DNA from: Anaerolineae bacterium
Lineage (GTDB): Bacteria; Chloroflexota; Anaerolineae; S140-20
Direction of reading: 5' to 3'
Assembly (NCBI GenBank): GCA_027021705.1
Contig: JALUTT010000117.1
Span: forward strand, 39,099 to 103,098
DNA length: 64,000 bases
This document shows, one piece after another, positions 9,586 to 20,031 of the stretch. A model generated the notes under the pieces. That model saw nothing but the letters and a program-made list of their open reading frames with translations, searched no databases and had not been told where the DNA came from. The translations under genes and the position numbers were made by a program. Every line of letters begins with the position of its first letter. The stretch's first letter is position 1.

Positions 9586-11223
9586 ATGGACCCACACATT
9601 AGGCCCAACTACGTCCGCATCTTCGACACGACGCTTCGTGACGGGGAACAGTCCCCGGGCGCCACCCTGACCAGCACCGAGAAGCTGGAGATCGCCCGGC
9701 AACTGGCCCGGCTGGGGGTGGACGTCATCGAGGCCGGCTTCCCCGCCGCCTCGCCCGACGACCTGCGCTCGGTCCAGCGGATCGCCCAGATCGTCGGCAA
9801 TCCCCACCACGGCGGGGAACGGGTGCCCATCATCTGCGGACTGGCCCGGGCAACGAAGGCCGACATTGACGCAGCCTGGGAGGCGGTCAAACCGGCCCTC
9901 CGCCCCCGCATCCATACCTTCATCGCCACCTCCGACATCCATATGAAGCACAAGCTGCGGATGAGCCGGGCCGAGGTGGTGGCCCGCACCCGGGAGATGG
10001 TCGCCTACGCCAAGGGCTACTGCGACGACGTGGAGTTCTCGCCGGAGGACGCCGGCCGCTCCGACCCCGAGTTCCTCTACGAGGTGCTGGCCGCCGCCAT
10101 CGAAGCCGGGGCGACGACCCTCAACATCCCCGACACCGTGGGGTACACCACCCCCCAGGAGTTCGGCGACCTGATCCGGGGGATCATCGCCCACACGCCG
10201 GGGATCGAGCAGGTGATCGTCTCCGTCCACTGCCACAACGACCTGGGGATGGCAACGGCCAATACGCTGGCCGGCCTCCAGGCCGGAGCCCGCCAGGCCG
10301 AGGTCACCATCAACGGCATCGGCGAGCGGGCCGGCAACACCGCCCTGGAAGAGGTGGTTATGGCGCTGCACACCCGCCGGGCCTACTACGGCCTCGTCAC
10401 CGGCATTGACACCACCCAGATCGCCCGCACCAGCCGGATGGTCAGCCACTACACCGGCTTGCCCGTCCAGCCCAACAAGGCGATCGTGGGGGCCAACGCC
10501 TTCGCCCACGAGGCCGGCATCCACCAGGACGGGATGCTCAAGCACCACGCCACCTACGAGATCATGCGCCCGGAGATGGTGGGGCTCAGCCACTCCCAAC
10601 TGGTGCTGGGCAAGCACTCGGGCCGCCACGCCTTCCGCGTCCGGCTGGCCGAGATGGGGTACGAGCTGACGTCCGAGGAACTGGAGGTCGCCTTCCGGCG
10701 TTTCAAGGAACTGGCCGACAAGAAGAAGCGGGTCACCGACGCCGACCTGGAGGCCCTCCTGACCGACCTCTTTCAGCAGCCGGAGAGCGGCTACCAGTTG
10801 GTGGACCTGCAGGTAGTGGCCGGCCGGCCGGGGATGCCCACGGCCACCGTCAAGCTGCGCGGCCCCGACGGTCAGGAGCGGATCGAGGTCGCCATCGGCA
10901 CCGGGCCGGTGGACGCCACCTACCGGGCCATTGACGCCATCGTCCGGGTGCCCAACACCCTGCTGGAGTACAACGTCCACGCCATCACCGAGGGGATTGA
11001 CGCCCAGGGCGAGGTCAGTGTCCGGCTCCTCTCCGAGGGCAACGGCAACCGGGTTGTGGGCGGCTACGGAGCCGACACCGACATCATCGTCGCCAGCGCC
11101 AAAGCCTACCTCAACGCCCTCAACCGGCTGCTGGCCGAGGCGAGGGCTAAGAGGAGACCATCGGTCGTCGAGACAGGGGAAGCGAGGGCCGAGGCCCGAG
11201 AGCCCGTCCTCATAGCCCCATAG
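9586..11223 (+). CDS. leuA: 2-isopropylmalate synthase
   Basis: [38 protein letters not shown]-terminal regulatory domain. Confidence 0.96.
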   Translation: MDPHIRPNYVRIFDTTLRDGEQSPGATLTSTEKLEIARQLARLGVDVIEAGFPAASPDDLRSVQRIAQIVGNPHHGGERVPIICGLARATKADIDAAWEAVKPALRPRIHTFIATSDIHMKHKLRMSRAEVVARTREMVAYAKGYCDDVEFSPEDAGRSDPEFLYEVLAAAIEAGATTLNIPDTVGYTTPQEFGDLIRGIIAHTPGIEQVIVSVHCHNDLGMATANTLAGLQAGARQAEVTINGIGERAGNTALEEVVMALHTRRAYYGLVTGIDTTQIARTSRMVSHYTGLPVQPNKAIVGANAFAHEAGIHQDGMLKHHATYEIMRPEMVGLSHSQLVLGKHSGRHAFRVRLAEMGYELTSEELEVAFRRFKELADKKKRVTDADLEALLTDLFQQPESGYQLVDLQVVAGRPGMPTATVKLRGPDGQERIEVAIGTGPVDATYRAIDAIVRVPNTLLEYNVHAITEGIDAQGEVSVRLLSEGNGNRVVGGYGADTDIIVASAKAYLNALNRLLAEARAKRRPSVVETGEARAEAREPVLIAP

Positions 11224-11225
11224 CA

Positions 11226-11284
11226 TCACGCTTTACGTCTTCACGCCTTACGTCTTCACGCCTTACGTCTTCACGCTTCACGTT
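11226..11284. repeat. Heptamer tandem repeat (TTCACGC/TTACGTC)n
   Basis: Alternating 7-mers after the leuA stop. Confidence 0.85.
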
Positions 11285-11315
11285 CCGCACCTTCGATGAG
11301 GACAAGGAGGACAAG

Positions 11316-11525
11316 ATGAACACGCAGAGTCGTACCCAATGGTTCACCCAGGAGATGGCTGTCTGGTTCGCTGAGGCCGAGGAAGAGGAAGTCGAACAGG
11401 TGGAGAGGTCGCCGGAGAAGTTCACCGAGCCCCGGGGCTGGGCCTTGAAGTGGGATGGTGCCGGCCTCTCCGGCGTTCAGGACCGGCAAGGAGGAGCCTC
11501 CTCCCCGTCCGTCGAAGCCCGCTGA
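11316..11525 (+). CDS. Small acidic hypothetical protein (69 aa)
   Basis: Strong SD (AAGGAGG) at good spacing; fills the leuA-leuC gap; Trp-rich and acidic. Confidence 0.6.
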   Translation: MNTQSRTQWFTQEMAVWFAEAEEEEVEQVERSPEKFTEPRGWALKWDGAGLSGVQDRQGGASSPSVEAR

Positions 11526-11541
11526 CAGGGGGCGAGACCTG

Positions 11542-12849
11542 ATGGGACAGACGCTGGTCGAGAAGATCATCGCTGCCCACCTGGTAGACGACGGGAACGG
11601 GCGGGGAGCGCCCGCCCCGGTGCGGCCGGGCGACCTGGTGGAGGTATCGGTGGACGTGGTGATGGCCAACGACATCACCGCGCCCCTGGCCATCCGCGCC
11701 TTCGAGGCGCTGACCGGCTCGACGCCGGAGAACGGCGGGCGCGTCTTCGACCCGGACCGGGTGCTCCTGGTGCCCAGCCACTTCGTCCCGGCCAAGGACA
11801 TCAAGAGCGCCGAACAGGTCAAGACGCTCCGCCGCTTCGCCCAGGCCCAGGCGCTGACCCACCGCTTCACGCCCGGCCGCGCCGGCATCGAACACGTCAT
11901 CCTGCCCGACATGGGGCTGGTGCTCCCCGGTGACCTGGTCATCGGCGGCGACTCCCACACCTGCACCTACGGGGCCGTCGGTGCCCTCGCCACCGGCATG
12001 GGCTCCACCGACATCGGTGTGGCGATGGCCACGGGCCGAACCTGGCTGCGGGTGCCGGAGACGATCCGCTTCGTCTACGAGGGGACGCTACGCCCCTGGG
12101 TCGGTGGCAAGGACCTGATCCTCTACACCATCGGCCAGATCGGGGTGGGCGGAGCCCGCTACAAGGCGATGGAGTTCACCGGTCCGGCCATCGCCCAACT
12201 AGACATGGCCAATCGCTTCACGATGGTCAACATGGTCATCGAGGCCGGTGGGAAGTGCGGCTTCATCCCGGTGGACAAGACCACGCTGGCCTACGTCGAG
12301 GCGCGGGCCACCCGCCCCTACACCGTCTACCAGGCCGACGAGGACGCCCACTACGCCGCCGTCTACCGCTGGGACGTGAGCGATCTGGAGCCTCAGGTCG
12401 CCCTCCCCTACTCGCCGGGGAACGTCCTCCCCATCAGCCAGGTGGGGACGGTGAAGCCGGACCAGGTCTTCATCGGCTCCTGCACCAACGGTCGGCTGGA
12501 GGACCTGGCCCAGGTGATGGCGGTGTTGGAGCGGGCAGGCCGGGCGTTCCACCCTGACCTCCAGGTCGTTGTCATCCCCGGCAGCCAGGCCATCTACCTG
12601 GAGGCGCTGCGCCGGGGCTGGATCGAACGGCTGGCCGAGGCGGGGGCGACCATCACGGCCGGCACCTGCGGCCCCTGTCTCGGAGGCTACTTCGGCATCC
12701 TGGGGGCCGGTCAGGTGGGCGTCAGCACCAGCAACCGGAACTTCCGGGGGCGGATGGGGCACCGCGAGGCTCAGGTCTACCTGGTCAATCCCGCCGTCGC
12801 CGCTGCCACGGCCATCCTGGGCCGGCTGGCCCATCCCGACGAGGTGTGA
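11542..12849 (+). CDS. leuC: 3-isopropylmalate dehydratase large subunit (LeuC/HacA type)
   Basis: GGDSHTCTYGA, FIGSCTNGR, CGPCLGG, STSNRNFRGRMG. Confidence 0.95.
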   Translation: MGQTLVEKIIAAHLVDDGNGRGAPAPVRPGDLVEVSVDVVMANDITAPLAIRAFEALTGSTPENGGRVFDPDRVLLVPSHFVPAKDIKSAEQVKTLRRFAQAQALTHRFTPGRAGIEHVILPDMGLVLPGDLVIGGDSHTCTYGAVGALATGMGSTDIGVAMATGRTWLRVPETIRFVYEGTLRPWVGGKDLILYTIGQIGVGGARYKAMEFTGPAIAQLDMANRFTMVNMVIEAGGKCGFIPVDKTTLAYVEARATRPYTVYQADEDAHYAAVYRWDVSDLEPQVALPYSPGNVLPISQVGTVKPDQVFIGSCTNGRLEDLAQVMAVLERAGRAFHPDLQVVVIPGSQAIYLEALRRGWIERLAEAGATITAGTCGPCLGGYFGILGAGQVGVSTSNRNFRGRMGHREAQVYLVNPAVAAATAILGRLAHPDEV

Positions 12850-12893
12850 GGGAGCTCTGGCGGCGCAGCGATGGAGCAACAACAGGAGGTAGG

Positions 12894-13415
12894 ATGGCAC
12901 GATCACCCAGTCGCCCACTGGAGGGGCGGGTCTGGAGGTATGGCGACAACGTGGACACCGACGTCATCATCCCGGCCCGCTACCTCAACGTCTCGGACCC
13001 GGCCCAACTGGCCGTCCACTGTCTGGAGGACCTGGACCCGGCCTTCGCTCGGCAGGTGCAGCCGGGGGACATCGTCGTGGCCGGGGAGAACTTCGGGGCC
13101 GGCTCCAGCCGGGAGCACGCGCCGCTGGCCCTCAAAGCGGCCGGCGTCGGCTGCATCATCGCCCGCAGCTTCGCCCGCATCTTCTACCGCAACGCCATCA
13201 ACATCGGGCTGCCCATCCTGGAGTGCCCCCAGGCCGTGGAGGAGACCGAGACGGGCGACGTGCTGACGGTGGACCTGGAGGCCGGCACCATCACCAACCA
13301 CCGAACGGGGCGCACCTACCAGGCCCCGCCCTTCCCCCCCTTTGTGATGGAGATCATCCGGGCCGGCGGCCTCGTGCCCTACACGCGCCGGCGGATGCAG
13401 GAGGGTGCCAGATGA
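12894..13415 (+). CDS. leuD: 3-isopropylmalate dehydratase small subunit
   Basis: GDNVDTDVIIPARYL, NFGAGSSREHA, SFARIFYRN. Confidence 0.95.
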   Translation: MARSPSRPLEGRVWRYGDNVDTDVIIPARYLNVSDPAQLAVHCLEDLDPAFARQVQPGDIVVAGENFGAGSSREHAPLALKAAGVGCIIARSFARIFYRNAINIGLPILECPQAVEETETGDVLTVDLEAGTITNHRTGRTYQAPPFPPFVMEIIRAGGLVPYTRRRMQEGAR

Positions 13416-14983
13416 CCCCACCGCAGATCCTGCTCTACGACACCACCCTGCGCGACGGGACCCAGGGCGAAGGCATCTCCCTCTCCGTCGAAGACAAGCT
13501 CAAGATCACCCGCCTGTTGGACGAGCTGGGGGTGCACTACGTCGAGGGCGGATGGCCGGGCTCCAACCCCAAGGATGCCGACTACTTTCGGCGGGTGCGA
13601 GGGCTCCCTCTGGAGCGCACCCGTGTCGCCGCTTTCGGCAGCACCTGCCGGGTGGGCAGTCGGCCCGAGGAGGACGCCAACCTCCGGGCGCTGCTGGAGG
13701 CCGAGACCCCCGTCGTCACCGTTGTGGGCAAGAGCTGGACCCTCCACGTCCACGACGTCCTGCGCACCACCCTGGAGGAGAACCGGCGCATCATCCGGGA
13801 GAGCCTGGCCTACCTCAAGAGTCACGGGCGGGAGATCGTCTACGACGCCGAGCACTTCTTCGACGGCTACAAGGCCGATGCCCACTACGCCCTGTCCACG
13901 CTCCAGGCCGCCGTCGAGGGAGGCGCGGACACCCTCGTCCTGGCCGACACCAACGGGGGCTCGATGCCTTGGGAGGTCGAGGCCATCGTCCGGGAGGTGC
14001 GGGCCGCCTTCCCCCACGTTCCCCTGGGCATCCACACCCACAACGATGGGGAGATGGCAGTGGCCAACAGCCTGGCCGCCATCCGGGCGGGGGCCGTCCA
14101 CGTTCAGGGGACCATCAACGGCTACGGCGAGCGATGCGGCAACGCCAACCTCTGTGTCGTCATCCCCAACCTGGAGTTGAAGATGGGGCTGACCGCCCTG
14201 CCGCCCGGCCACCTGGCCCACCTGACCCGCATCGCCCGCACCGTGGCGGCCATCGCCAACCAGCCCCTGCACCACCAGATGGCCTACGTGGGGCGGAGCG
14301 CCTTCGCCCACAAGGGGGGCATCCACGTGGCTGCCATGCGCCGCAACCCTCGGAGCTACCAGCACGTTGACCCGGCGCTGGTGGGCAACCGTTCGCGGGT
14401 CCTCGTCTCCGAACTGTCGGGCCGGGGGAACCTGCTGAGCAAGGCCGAAGAACTGGGCATCTCTCCCCAGGAGATCGGCGACCTGCGGGAGGTGCTCCAG
14501 ACGATCAAAGAGCTGGAGCACCGGGGCTTCACCTTCGAAGGGGCCGAGGCCTCCGTGGAGATGCTGCTGCGCCGTGCCCGCCCGGACTACCGTCCTCCCT
14601 TCGAGATGCTCGACTTCATGGTCGTCGTCGAGCACCGGGAGCGCCGGGGGACCTTCGCCGAGGCGACCATCAAAGTTCGCGTAGAGGGTGAGATCATCCA
14701 CACGGCGGCCGAGGGCAACGGCCCCGTCAATGCCCTGGACGCGGCCCTGCGCAAGGCGCTGACGCCGGTCTATCCCCACCTGGCCGAGTTCCACCTGGCC
14801 GACTACAAGGTGCGCATCCTGGACGGCGAACGGGGGACGGCGGCCACCACCCGGGTGCTCATTGACATGCAGAACGCCGTCCGGCGCTGGAGCACCGTCG
14901 GGGCCTCCACCAACATCATCGAGGCCAGTTGGATCGCCCTGGCCGACGCCGTCGAGTACGGCCTGACGGTCGCCAGCCCGTAG
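13412..14983 (+). CDS. cimA: Citramalate synthase
   Basis: YDTTLRDGTQGEG, EGGWPGSNPKD, YDAEHFFDG, FAHKGGIH typical of the bacterial CimA clade. Confidence 0.9.
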   Translation: MTPPQILLYDTTLRDGTQGEGISLSVEDKLKITRLLDELGVHYVEGGWPGSNPKDADYFRRVRGLPLERTRVAAFGSTCRVGSRPEEDANLRALLEAETPVVTVVGKSWTLHVHDVLRTTLEENRRIIRESLAYLKSHGREIVYDAEHFFDGYKADAHYALSTLQAAVEGGADTLVLADTNGGSMPWEVEAIVREVRAAFPHVPLGIHTHNDGEMAVANSLAAIRAGAVHVQGTINGYGERCGNANLCVVIPNLELKMGLTALPPGHLAHLTRIARTVAAIANQPLHHQMAYVGRSAFAHKGGIHVAAMRRNPRSYQHVDPALVGNRSRVLVSELSGRGNLLSKAEELGISPQEIGDLREVLQTIKELEHRGFTFEGAEASVEMLLRRARPDYRPPFEMLDFMVVVEHRERRGTFAEATIKVRVEGEIIHTAAEGNGPVNALDAALRKALTPVYPHLAEFHLADYKVRILDGERGTAATTRVLIDMQNAVRRWSTVGASTNIIEASWIALADAVEYGLTVASP

Positions 14984-14997
14984 AGCGCCGGGCGGGG

Positions 14998-15119
14998 GGA
15001 GCCGTCCACGAATGGGGCACGAATACACGAATTAAGGACCACCTCATTCGTGCATTTGTGAGAAATTCGTGGACGGCCTGCTACGGACCACTCTCTCGCT
15101 CACTTGTGGGTAATCACCG
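14998..15119 (-). repeat. Repeat family A, copy 2 (reverse orientation)
   Basis: Ends ...CTTGTGGGTAATCACCG; reverse complement of copy 1. Confidence 0.85.
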
Positions 15120-15208
15120 GGAGGATTGGGTTGTCTTTCCAGGCGGGATGCGTACAATTACGAGGAAAGCAACCATTGCCGGGTAGGATACAGCCTAGGG
15201 AGGGAGAA

Positions 15209-15517
15209 ATGCTCGCCAAAACCCATCCAGCCGTGGAAGCTCTGACTACCATTGCCGAGAGGATGGTTTTAGTCGGCCTGTACCCATCCCCCGAAGAAGC
15301 CGTAAAGGGCCTAGCCCTTGCCCAGATCGAGAGGGAGATCGAGGAGCTTCAACAGCAGATTTCTTCTCTGGAGGAGAAATACGGGATGAGCTTTGAGGAG
15401 TTCACAGCGTCCCTACGCCACCGTGCTACGATGCAAGAGGAAATGGACTGGGAGGAGTGGGACGATGCTCGCAAGAAGCTAGAAATTCGCCAGGAGATCC
15501 TTGAACACATTACATAG
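15209..15517 (+). CDS. Small hypothetical protein, antitoxin-like
   Basis: [22 protein letters not shown]...DWEEW motif typical of small TA-associated proteins; lower GC than its neighbours. Confidence 0.65.
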   Translation: MLAKTHPAVEALTTIAERMVLVGLYPSPEEAVKGLALAQIEREIEELQQQISSLEEKYGMSFEEFTASLRHRATMQEEMDWEEWDDARKKLEIRQEILEHIT

Positions 15518-15518
15518 G

Positions 15519-16592
15519 ATGATGATTGCTCAGATCGTGACGCTACCAGGCGATGGGATCGGCCCGGAGGTGGTCGCCGAGGGGGTGAAGGTACTCCGGG
15601 CCGTGGCCGACCGGTTCGGCCACCGTTTTACCTTCGAGGAAGCGCTGATCGGAGGCTGTGCCATCGAGGCCACGGGGACGGCGCTGCCGGAGGAGACGCT
15701 GGCGGCGTGCCGCCGGGCCGACGCCATCCTCCTAGGAGCCGTCGGTGGCCCTCGCTGGTCCGACCCCACCGCGCCGGTCCGCCCAGAGCAGGGGCTGCTG
15801 GGGCTGCGCCGCGAACTGGGCCTCTACGCCAACCTGCGCCCGGTCCGCCTCTACCCGGACCTGCGGGAGGTCTCCCCCCTCCGCCCAGAGCGGTTGGATG
15901 GGGTGGACCTGGTGGTGGTGCGGGAGCTGACCGGCGGCATCTACTTCGGCCCCCGGCAGGAGGCGACGGAGGAGCGGCCGACGGCCTACGACACGATGGT
16001 CTACACCGCTGAGGAGGTGGAGCGGATCGCCCACGTGGCCTTCCGCCTGGCCCGGCAGCGGCGGGGCCGGGTGACGCTGGTGGACAAGGCCAACGTGCTG
16101 GCCACCTCGCGCCTCTGGCGGCGGGTGGTGGCCTCGGTGGCCGCCTCCTACCCGGAGGTGTCGTGGGAGCCGATGCTGGTGGATGCGGCGGCGATGCACC
16201 TGCTCCGTCGGCCGGCCGACTTCGACGTCATCCTGACCGCCAATATGTTCGGCGACATCCTGACCGACGAGGCCTCGATGCTGGCCGGCTCGATGGGGAT
16301 GCTCCCCTCGGCCTCGTTGGGGGAGGGCCGGCGCGGCGTCTACGAGCCGATCCACGGCAGCGCCCCCGACATCGTGGGACAGGGCATCGCCAACCCCCTG
16401 GCGACCATCCTGAGCGCGGCCATGCTGCTGCGTCACTCGTTGGGGCTGGAGCGGGAGGCTCAGGCCGTCGAAGCCGCCGTCGAGCGGGTCCTGGCCCAGG
16501 GATACCGCACCGCCGACATCGCCGAACCAGGGGCTCAGACCGTGGGGACAGCCCAGATGGGCGACCTGGTCGTCGAGGCGCTGGCGGGCTGA
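15519..16592 (+). CDS. leuB: 3-isopropylmalate dehydrogenase
   Basis: [43 protein letters not shown]. Confidence 0.96.
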   Translation: MMIAQIVTLPGDGIGPEVVAEGVKVLRAVADRFGHRFTFEEALIGGCAIEATGTALPEETLAACRRADAILLGAVGGPRWSDPTAPVRPEQGLLGLRRELGLYANLRPVRLYPDLREVSPLRPERLDGVDLVVVRELTGGIYFGPRQEATEERPTAYDTMVYTAEEVERIAHVAFRLARQRRGRVTLVDKANVLATSRLWRRVVASVAASYPEVSWEPMLVDAAAMHLLRRPADFDVILTANMFGDILTDEASMLAGSMGMLPSASLGEGRRGVYEPIHGSAPDIVGQGIANPLATILSAAMLLRHSLGLEREAQAVEAAVERVLAQGYRTADIAEPGAQTVGTAQMGDLVVEALAG

Positions 16593-16635
16593 ACCCGGCC
16601 TCGGCATCGAAAAGCGAGAGAAGCAACCAGGTAAA

Positions 16636-16666
16636 GTTGCTCGGTCCCTGCCTGGGGCCGAGCAAC
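16636..16666 (+). terminator. Hairpin after leuB (possible terminator or stabiliser)
   Basis: GTTGCTCGG...CCGAGCAAC stem; no good U-tract. Confidence 0.4.
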
Positions 16667-16742
16667 CGGCTCTTCAGAGCGCAACGATAAGGCAATCACG
16701 GTGTTTACTCACCATAGGAGAATAGCCAAGGAGGGAGATTCT

Positions 16743-17075
16743 ATGATTGTTCGATTGGTCTCACTGCGGTTTCACCCCGATCGTGTGGAAGAGTTCAAGC
16801 AACTCTACCAGAAAATCCACCGACAGATCCGTTCTTCACCAGGGTGCCTCCACCTCCAGCTGGTCGTGGACAACGAGGGTGAAGGGGAGTGCTTCACCAT
16901 CAGCTACTGGCGCTCTCAGGAGGACCTGGACCGCTACCGAAACAGCCCCTTCTTCCGCAGTGTATGGCCTCGGGTGAAGGCGATGCTGCGGGAGAAACCG
17001 TGGGCGAAGAGCTTCAAAGTGCTGGTGGACGATCCATTCCGCCCGGTGAGCTTCGGGGACGCACCGTCCTCGTAG
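16743..17075 (+). CDS. Antibiotic biosynthesis monooxygenase (ABM) family protein
   Basis: IRSSPGCLHLQL, FTISYWRSQEDLDRYRNS pattern; SD AAGGAGG. Confidence 0.8.
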   Translation: MIVRLVSLRFHPDRVEEFKQLYQKIHRQIRSSPGCLHLQLVVDNEGEGECFTISYWRSQEDLDRYRNSPFFRSVWPRVKAMLREKPWAKSFKVLVDDPFRPVSFGDAPSS

Positions 17076-17431
17076 GTTCCTTGGAGGTTTCCGGTCTGAG
17101 TTCAGCCGCCGCATCTATGGGTATCTGTGTTCAGGAGGGTTACAAGAATCCCGTGGGTCCCCGGTTCCCGCTACCAAACGAGGGCAGGGGATGCGATGTC
17201 GGGGGGACCGGGACCCTAGTCTAGGGGAAAGGAGGTGATGCCGACCAAGGCGATCACGGGGATTGTTCGGGGTTGCCCTGCGTGTGAGGCTCTGGACTGC
17301 CTCAGGCGAGGCCCCCTGCGTCCCGGAGGGTCTATCCAGAGCGTCCGGGTGCGGAGTCTCTACGGAGAGGGAGCTCCGGACCACAGGAGTGGTCGTACCG
17401 TCCGCAAGCTAAGAGAAGGAGGGAGTTCCTC

Positions 17432-19051
17432 ATGGCCGAAGAGCGCAGGGGATACGTCCCCAAGGATATGCTGGTCGAGGGTAAGGAGGTCCCCGTTGGG
17501 ACCTCGCTATCGGCGCTGAAGCCGATGAAAGTGGCCAAGCTCCCACCGCTGACGGTGGGCATCGCAGCGATGCTGGGGCCGGCTTTCATCTGGGCCTCCA
17601 TCTCCCAAGGCAGCGGCGAGTTGATCTGGTGGCCCTACATCGCGGCCAAGTACGGCACCGCCTTTCTGGGCATCCTCATCCCCGCTTTGTTGATCCAGTA
17701 CTGGGTCAACCAGGAGATCATCCGCTACACCGCGCTCACGGGCGAAGGGCCGTGGTCGGCCCTGGGCCGCATTGGCCGCTGGTTTACCGTCCCCTTCTGG
17801 ATTCTCGCCTTCTTCACCTTCCTCTGGTTTGGCGGCTACGCCAGCGCCGGCGGCACCGCCATGCGGGACCTTCTGGGCTGGCCCGCCGATCCGGCTCTCG
17901 GCTCCCGCTTCTGGGGGTTGACCATCATGGTCATCATGTTCGTTGGCCTCGTCGTCAGCCGGGTGGTCTACAAGTTGGTTGAGTGGCTGATGAAAGTGAT
18001 CATGGTGGTCAGCATCATCGGTGCGATTATGGCGGTGCTGCGACCGGATGTGCTGAGCACAGCAGGCACCTACCTGGCAGCGCTCCTCAACCCCTTCAAG
18101 GGCATCGCCAACATGCTGAACCCCACCAACGTGCAGGGCTGGGATCCCGCAGACACCGACAAGATCGTCACCGGCATCGCCTACGCCGGGATGGGCGGCT
18201 ACCTGAACCTCCTCTACGCCTACTGGATGCGGGACAAGGGCGTGGGTATGTCCAAGTGGATTGGCCGCGTCACCAGCCCCATCACCGGTGAGCCCGAGGC
18301 GATCCCCAGCGAGGGCTACGTCTTCGAGGACACCGAGGAGAACCGCCGCAACTGGAAGGATTGGCTGCGCTACCTCCGCTGGGACAACGGCCTGGCTGTG
18401 GCCGCCAACGGGTTTACCTGCCTGCTGATGACCTGGCTGGGTCTGGCCATCCTGCATCCCCAGGGCGTCGCCCCCGCCGGCTGGAAGATCGCCGTGGAAC
18501 AGGCCCGCTTCCTCGAGGTCGCCTGGGGGACCTTTGGGCGCATCGCCTTCCTCATCATCGGCTTCGCTTTCCTGGGCGACACCTGGGTCGGCCTGGCCGA
18601 CGGCCTGGCTCGGGAGTACGCGGAGTTCTTCTGGACCAACTTCTCCTGGGCCAAGATCCGCGACTACCGCTGGTGGTACTACTTCTGGCTCACCTTCCTG
18701 GCCATCGTCACCACCGTCACCATGTTCATCGCCCGCCCCGACCCCCTGATCCTCATCGCCGGCGTCGTCAACATCTTCGCCTTCGCCATCTTCATCCCCG
18801 CCTACATGTACATCAACTACACGATGCTGCCCAAGGTCCTGCCGGAGTGGGTGCGCCCCTCGAAGGCGACGATGGTCTGGCTCTTCATCATCTGGCTGAT
18901 CTACCTGGGGACGGGCGTCTGGTACATCGCCCTCTCGCCCCAGCGGGTGCCCTACCTCCTCGTGATGCTGGTCGTGTGGATCGTTGTCGGCGGCTTCTTC
19001 TACATCAAGGACCGCCAGCAACCGCCTGTCCCCGTGGTCGAGACGGCCTGA
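17432..19051 (+). CDS. Nramp-like / APC-superfamily membrane transporter
   Basis: LGPAFIWASISQGSGELIWWP and RYTALTGE motifs; 12 or more TM segments. Confidence 0.8.
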   Translation: MAEERRGYVPKDMLVEGKEVPVGTSLSALKPMKVAKLPPLTVGIAAMLGPAFIWASISQGSGELIWWPYIAAKYGTAFLGILIPALLIQYWVNQEIIRYTALTGEGPWSALGRIGRWFTVPFWILAFFTFLWFGGYASAGGTAMRDLLGWPADPALGSRFWGLTIMVIMFVGLVVSRVVYKLVEWLMKVIMVVSIIGAIMAVLRPDVLSTAGTYLAALLNPFKGIANMLNPTNVQGWDPADTDKIVTGIAYAGMGGYLNLLYAYWMRDKGVGMSKWIGRVTSPITGEPEAIPSEGYVFEDTEENRRNWKDWLRYLRWDNGLAVAANGFTCLLMTWLGLAILHPQGVAPAGWKIAVEQARFLEVAWGTFGRIAFLIIGFAFLGDTWVGLADGLAREYAEFFWTNFSWAKIRDYRWWYYFWLTFLAIVTTVTMFIARPDPLILIAGVVNIFAFAIFIPAYMYINYTMLPKVLPEWVRPSKATMVWLFIIWLIYLGTGVWYIALSPQRVPYLLVMLVVWIVVGGFFYIKDRQQPPVPVVETA

Positions 19052-19077
19052 CCCCCAGCCGCCTCAGACCCCGATGC

Positions 19078-19120
19078 AAGCCCCGGGTCGGCGTATGCCC
19101 CGCCAGCCCGGGGCTTCCTT
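19078..19120 (+). terminator. Stem-loop between the transporter and panB
   Basis: AAGCCCCGGG...CCCGGGGCTT 10-bp stem. Confidence 0.5.
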
Positions 19121-19188
19121 AGTCCTGCCCATTTCTGCGCACTTCCACAATGGTCATATCTTAGGAACGGTCATTCCCGAGGGTCACC

Positions 19189-20031
19189 ATGGACGAACGC
19201 ACCAAGATCACGGTTCCTAGGCTCCAACAGATGAAGCAGGAAGGCCGACCCATCACCATGCTCACCGCCTACGACTACCCCACGGCGCTGCTGGTAGACC
19301 GGGCCGGCATTGACGTCATCCTGGTGGGTGACTCCCTAGGCATGGTCGTGCTGGGCTACGAGAGCACCTTGCCGGTGACGATGGACGAGATGATCCACCA
19401 CTGCAAGGCGGTCCGACGGGGAGCCCATTACGCCCTGCTGGTAGGAGATATGCCCTTCATGTCCTACCAGAGCGAGGTCTACGAAGCGGTGAAGAACGCG
19501 GGCCGCTTCCTCAAGGAGGCCGGCATGGACGCGGTCAAGCTGGAGGGGGGACGGGACTACGTGCCCGTCGTCGAGGCCATCGTCCGGGCCGGCATTCCCG
19601 TGATGGGCCACATCGGCCTCACCCCCCAGTTCATCGCCCGGCTGGGCGGGTTCAAGGTCCAAGGCCGGACAGCCCAGGCGGCCCGGGCGCTGCTGGAGGA
19701 CGCCAAGGCACTGGAGGCCGCCGGCTGCTTCGCCCTCGTCCTGGAGGCGATCCCCGACCGGGTGGCCGCCCGCATCACCGACGCGGTCCGCATCCCCACC
19801 ATTGGCATCGGGGCCGGCCCCCATTGCGACGGTCAGGTGCTGGTCACCCACGACCTCATCGGCCTCTTCGACCGCTTCGTCCCCCGCTTCGTCAAGCAGT
19901 ACACCAACATCGCCCGCCAGATCAGCGAAGCGCTGGCCCAGTACCGTCGGGAGGTGCTCGACGGCACCTTCCCCGGACCGGAGCACCGCTTCACCATCAA
20001 AGACGAGGAGTGGGAGGCCTTTGAAGGATGA
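19189..20031 (+). CDS. panB: 3-methyl-2-oxobutanoate hydroxymethyltransferase
   Basis: MLTAYD, ILVGDSLGM, VKLEGG, GHIGLTPQ, IGIGAG..CDGQVLV. Confidence 0.97.
   Translation: MDERTKITVPRLQQMKQEGRPITMLTAYDYPTALLVDRAGIDVILVGDSLGMVVLGYESTLPVTMDEMIHHCKAVRRGAHYALLVGDMPFMSYQSEVYEAVKNAGRFLKEAGMDAVKLEGGRDYVPVVEAIVRAGIPVMGHIGLTPQFIARLGGFKVQGRTAQAARALLEDAKALEAAGCFALVLEAIPDRVAARITDAVRIPTIGIGAGPHCDGQVLVTHDLIGLFDRFVPRFVKQYTNIARQISEALAQYRREVLDGTFPGPEHRFTIKDEEWEAFEG

Noticed and set aside
17235..17519. 94-aa ORF after a strong AAGGAGGTG
   Set aside because: No recognisable motif, and it overlaps the transporter start out of frame; unsupported, though not excluded as a uORF.
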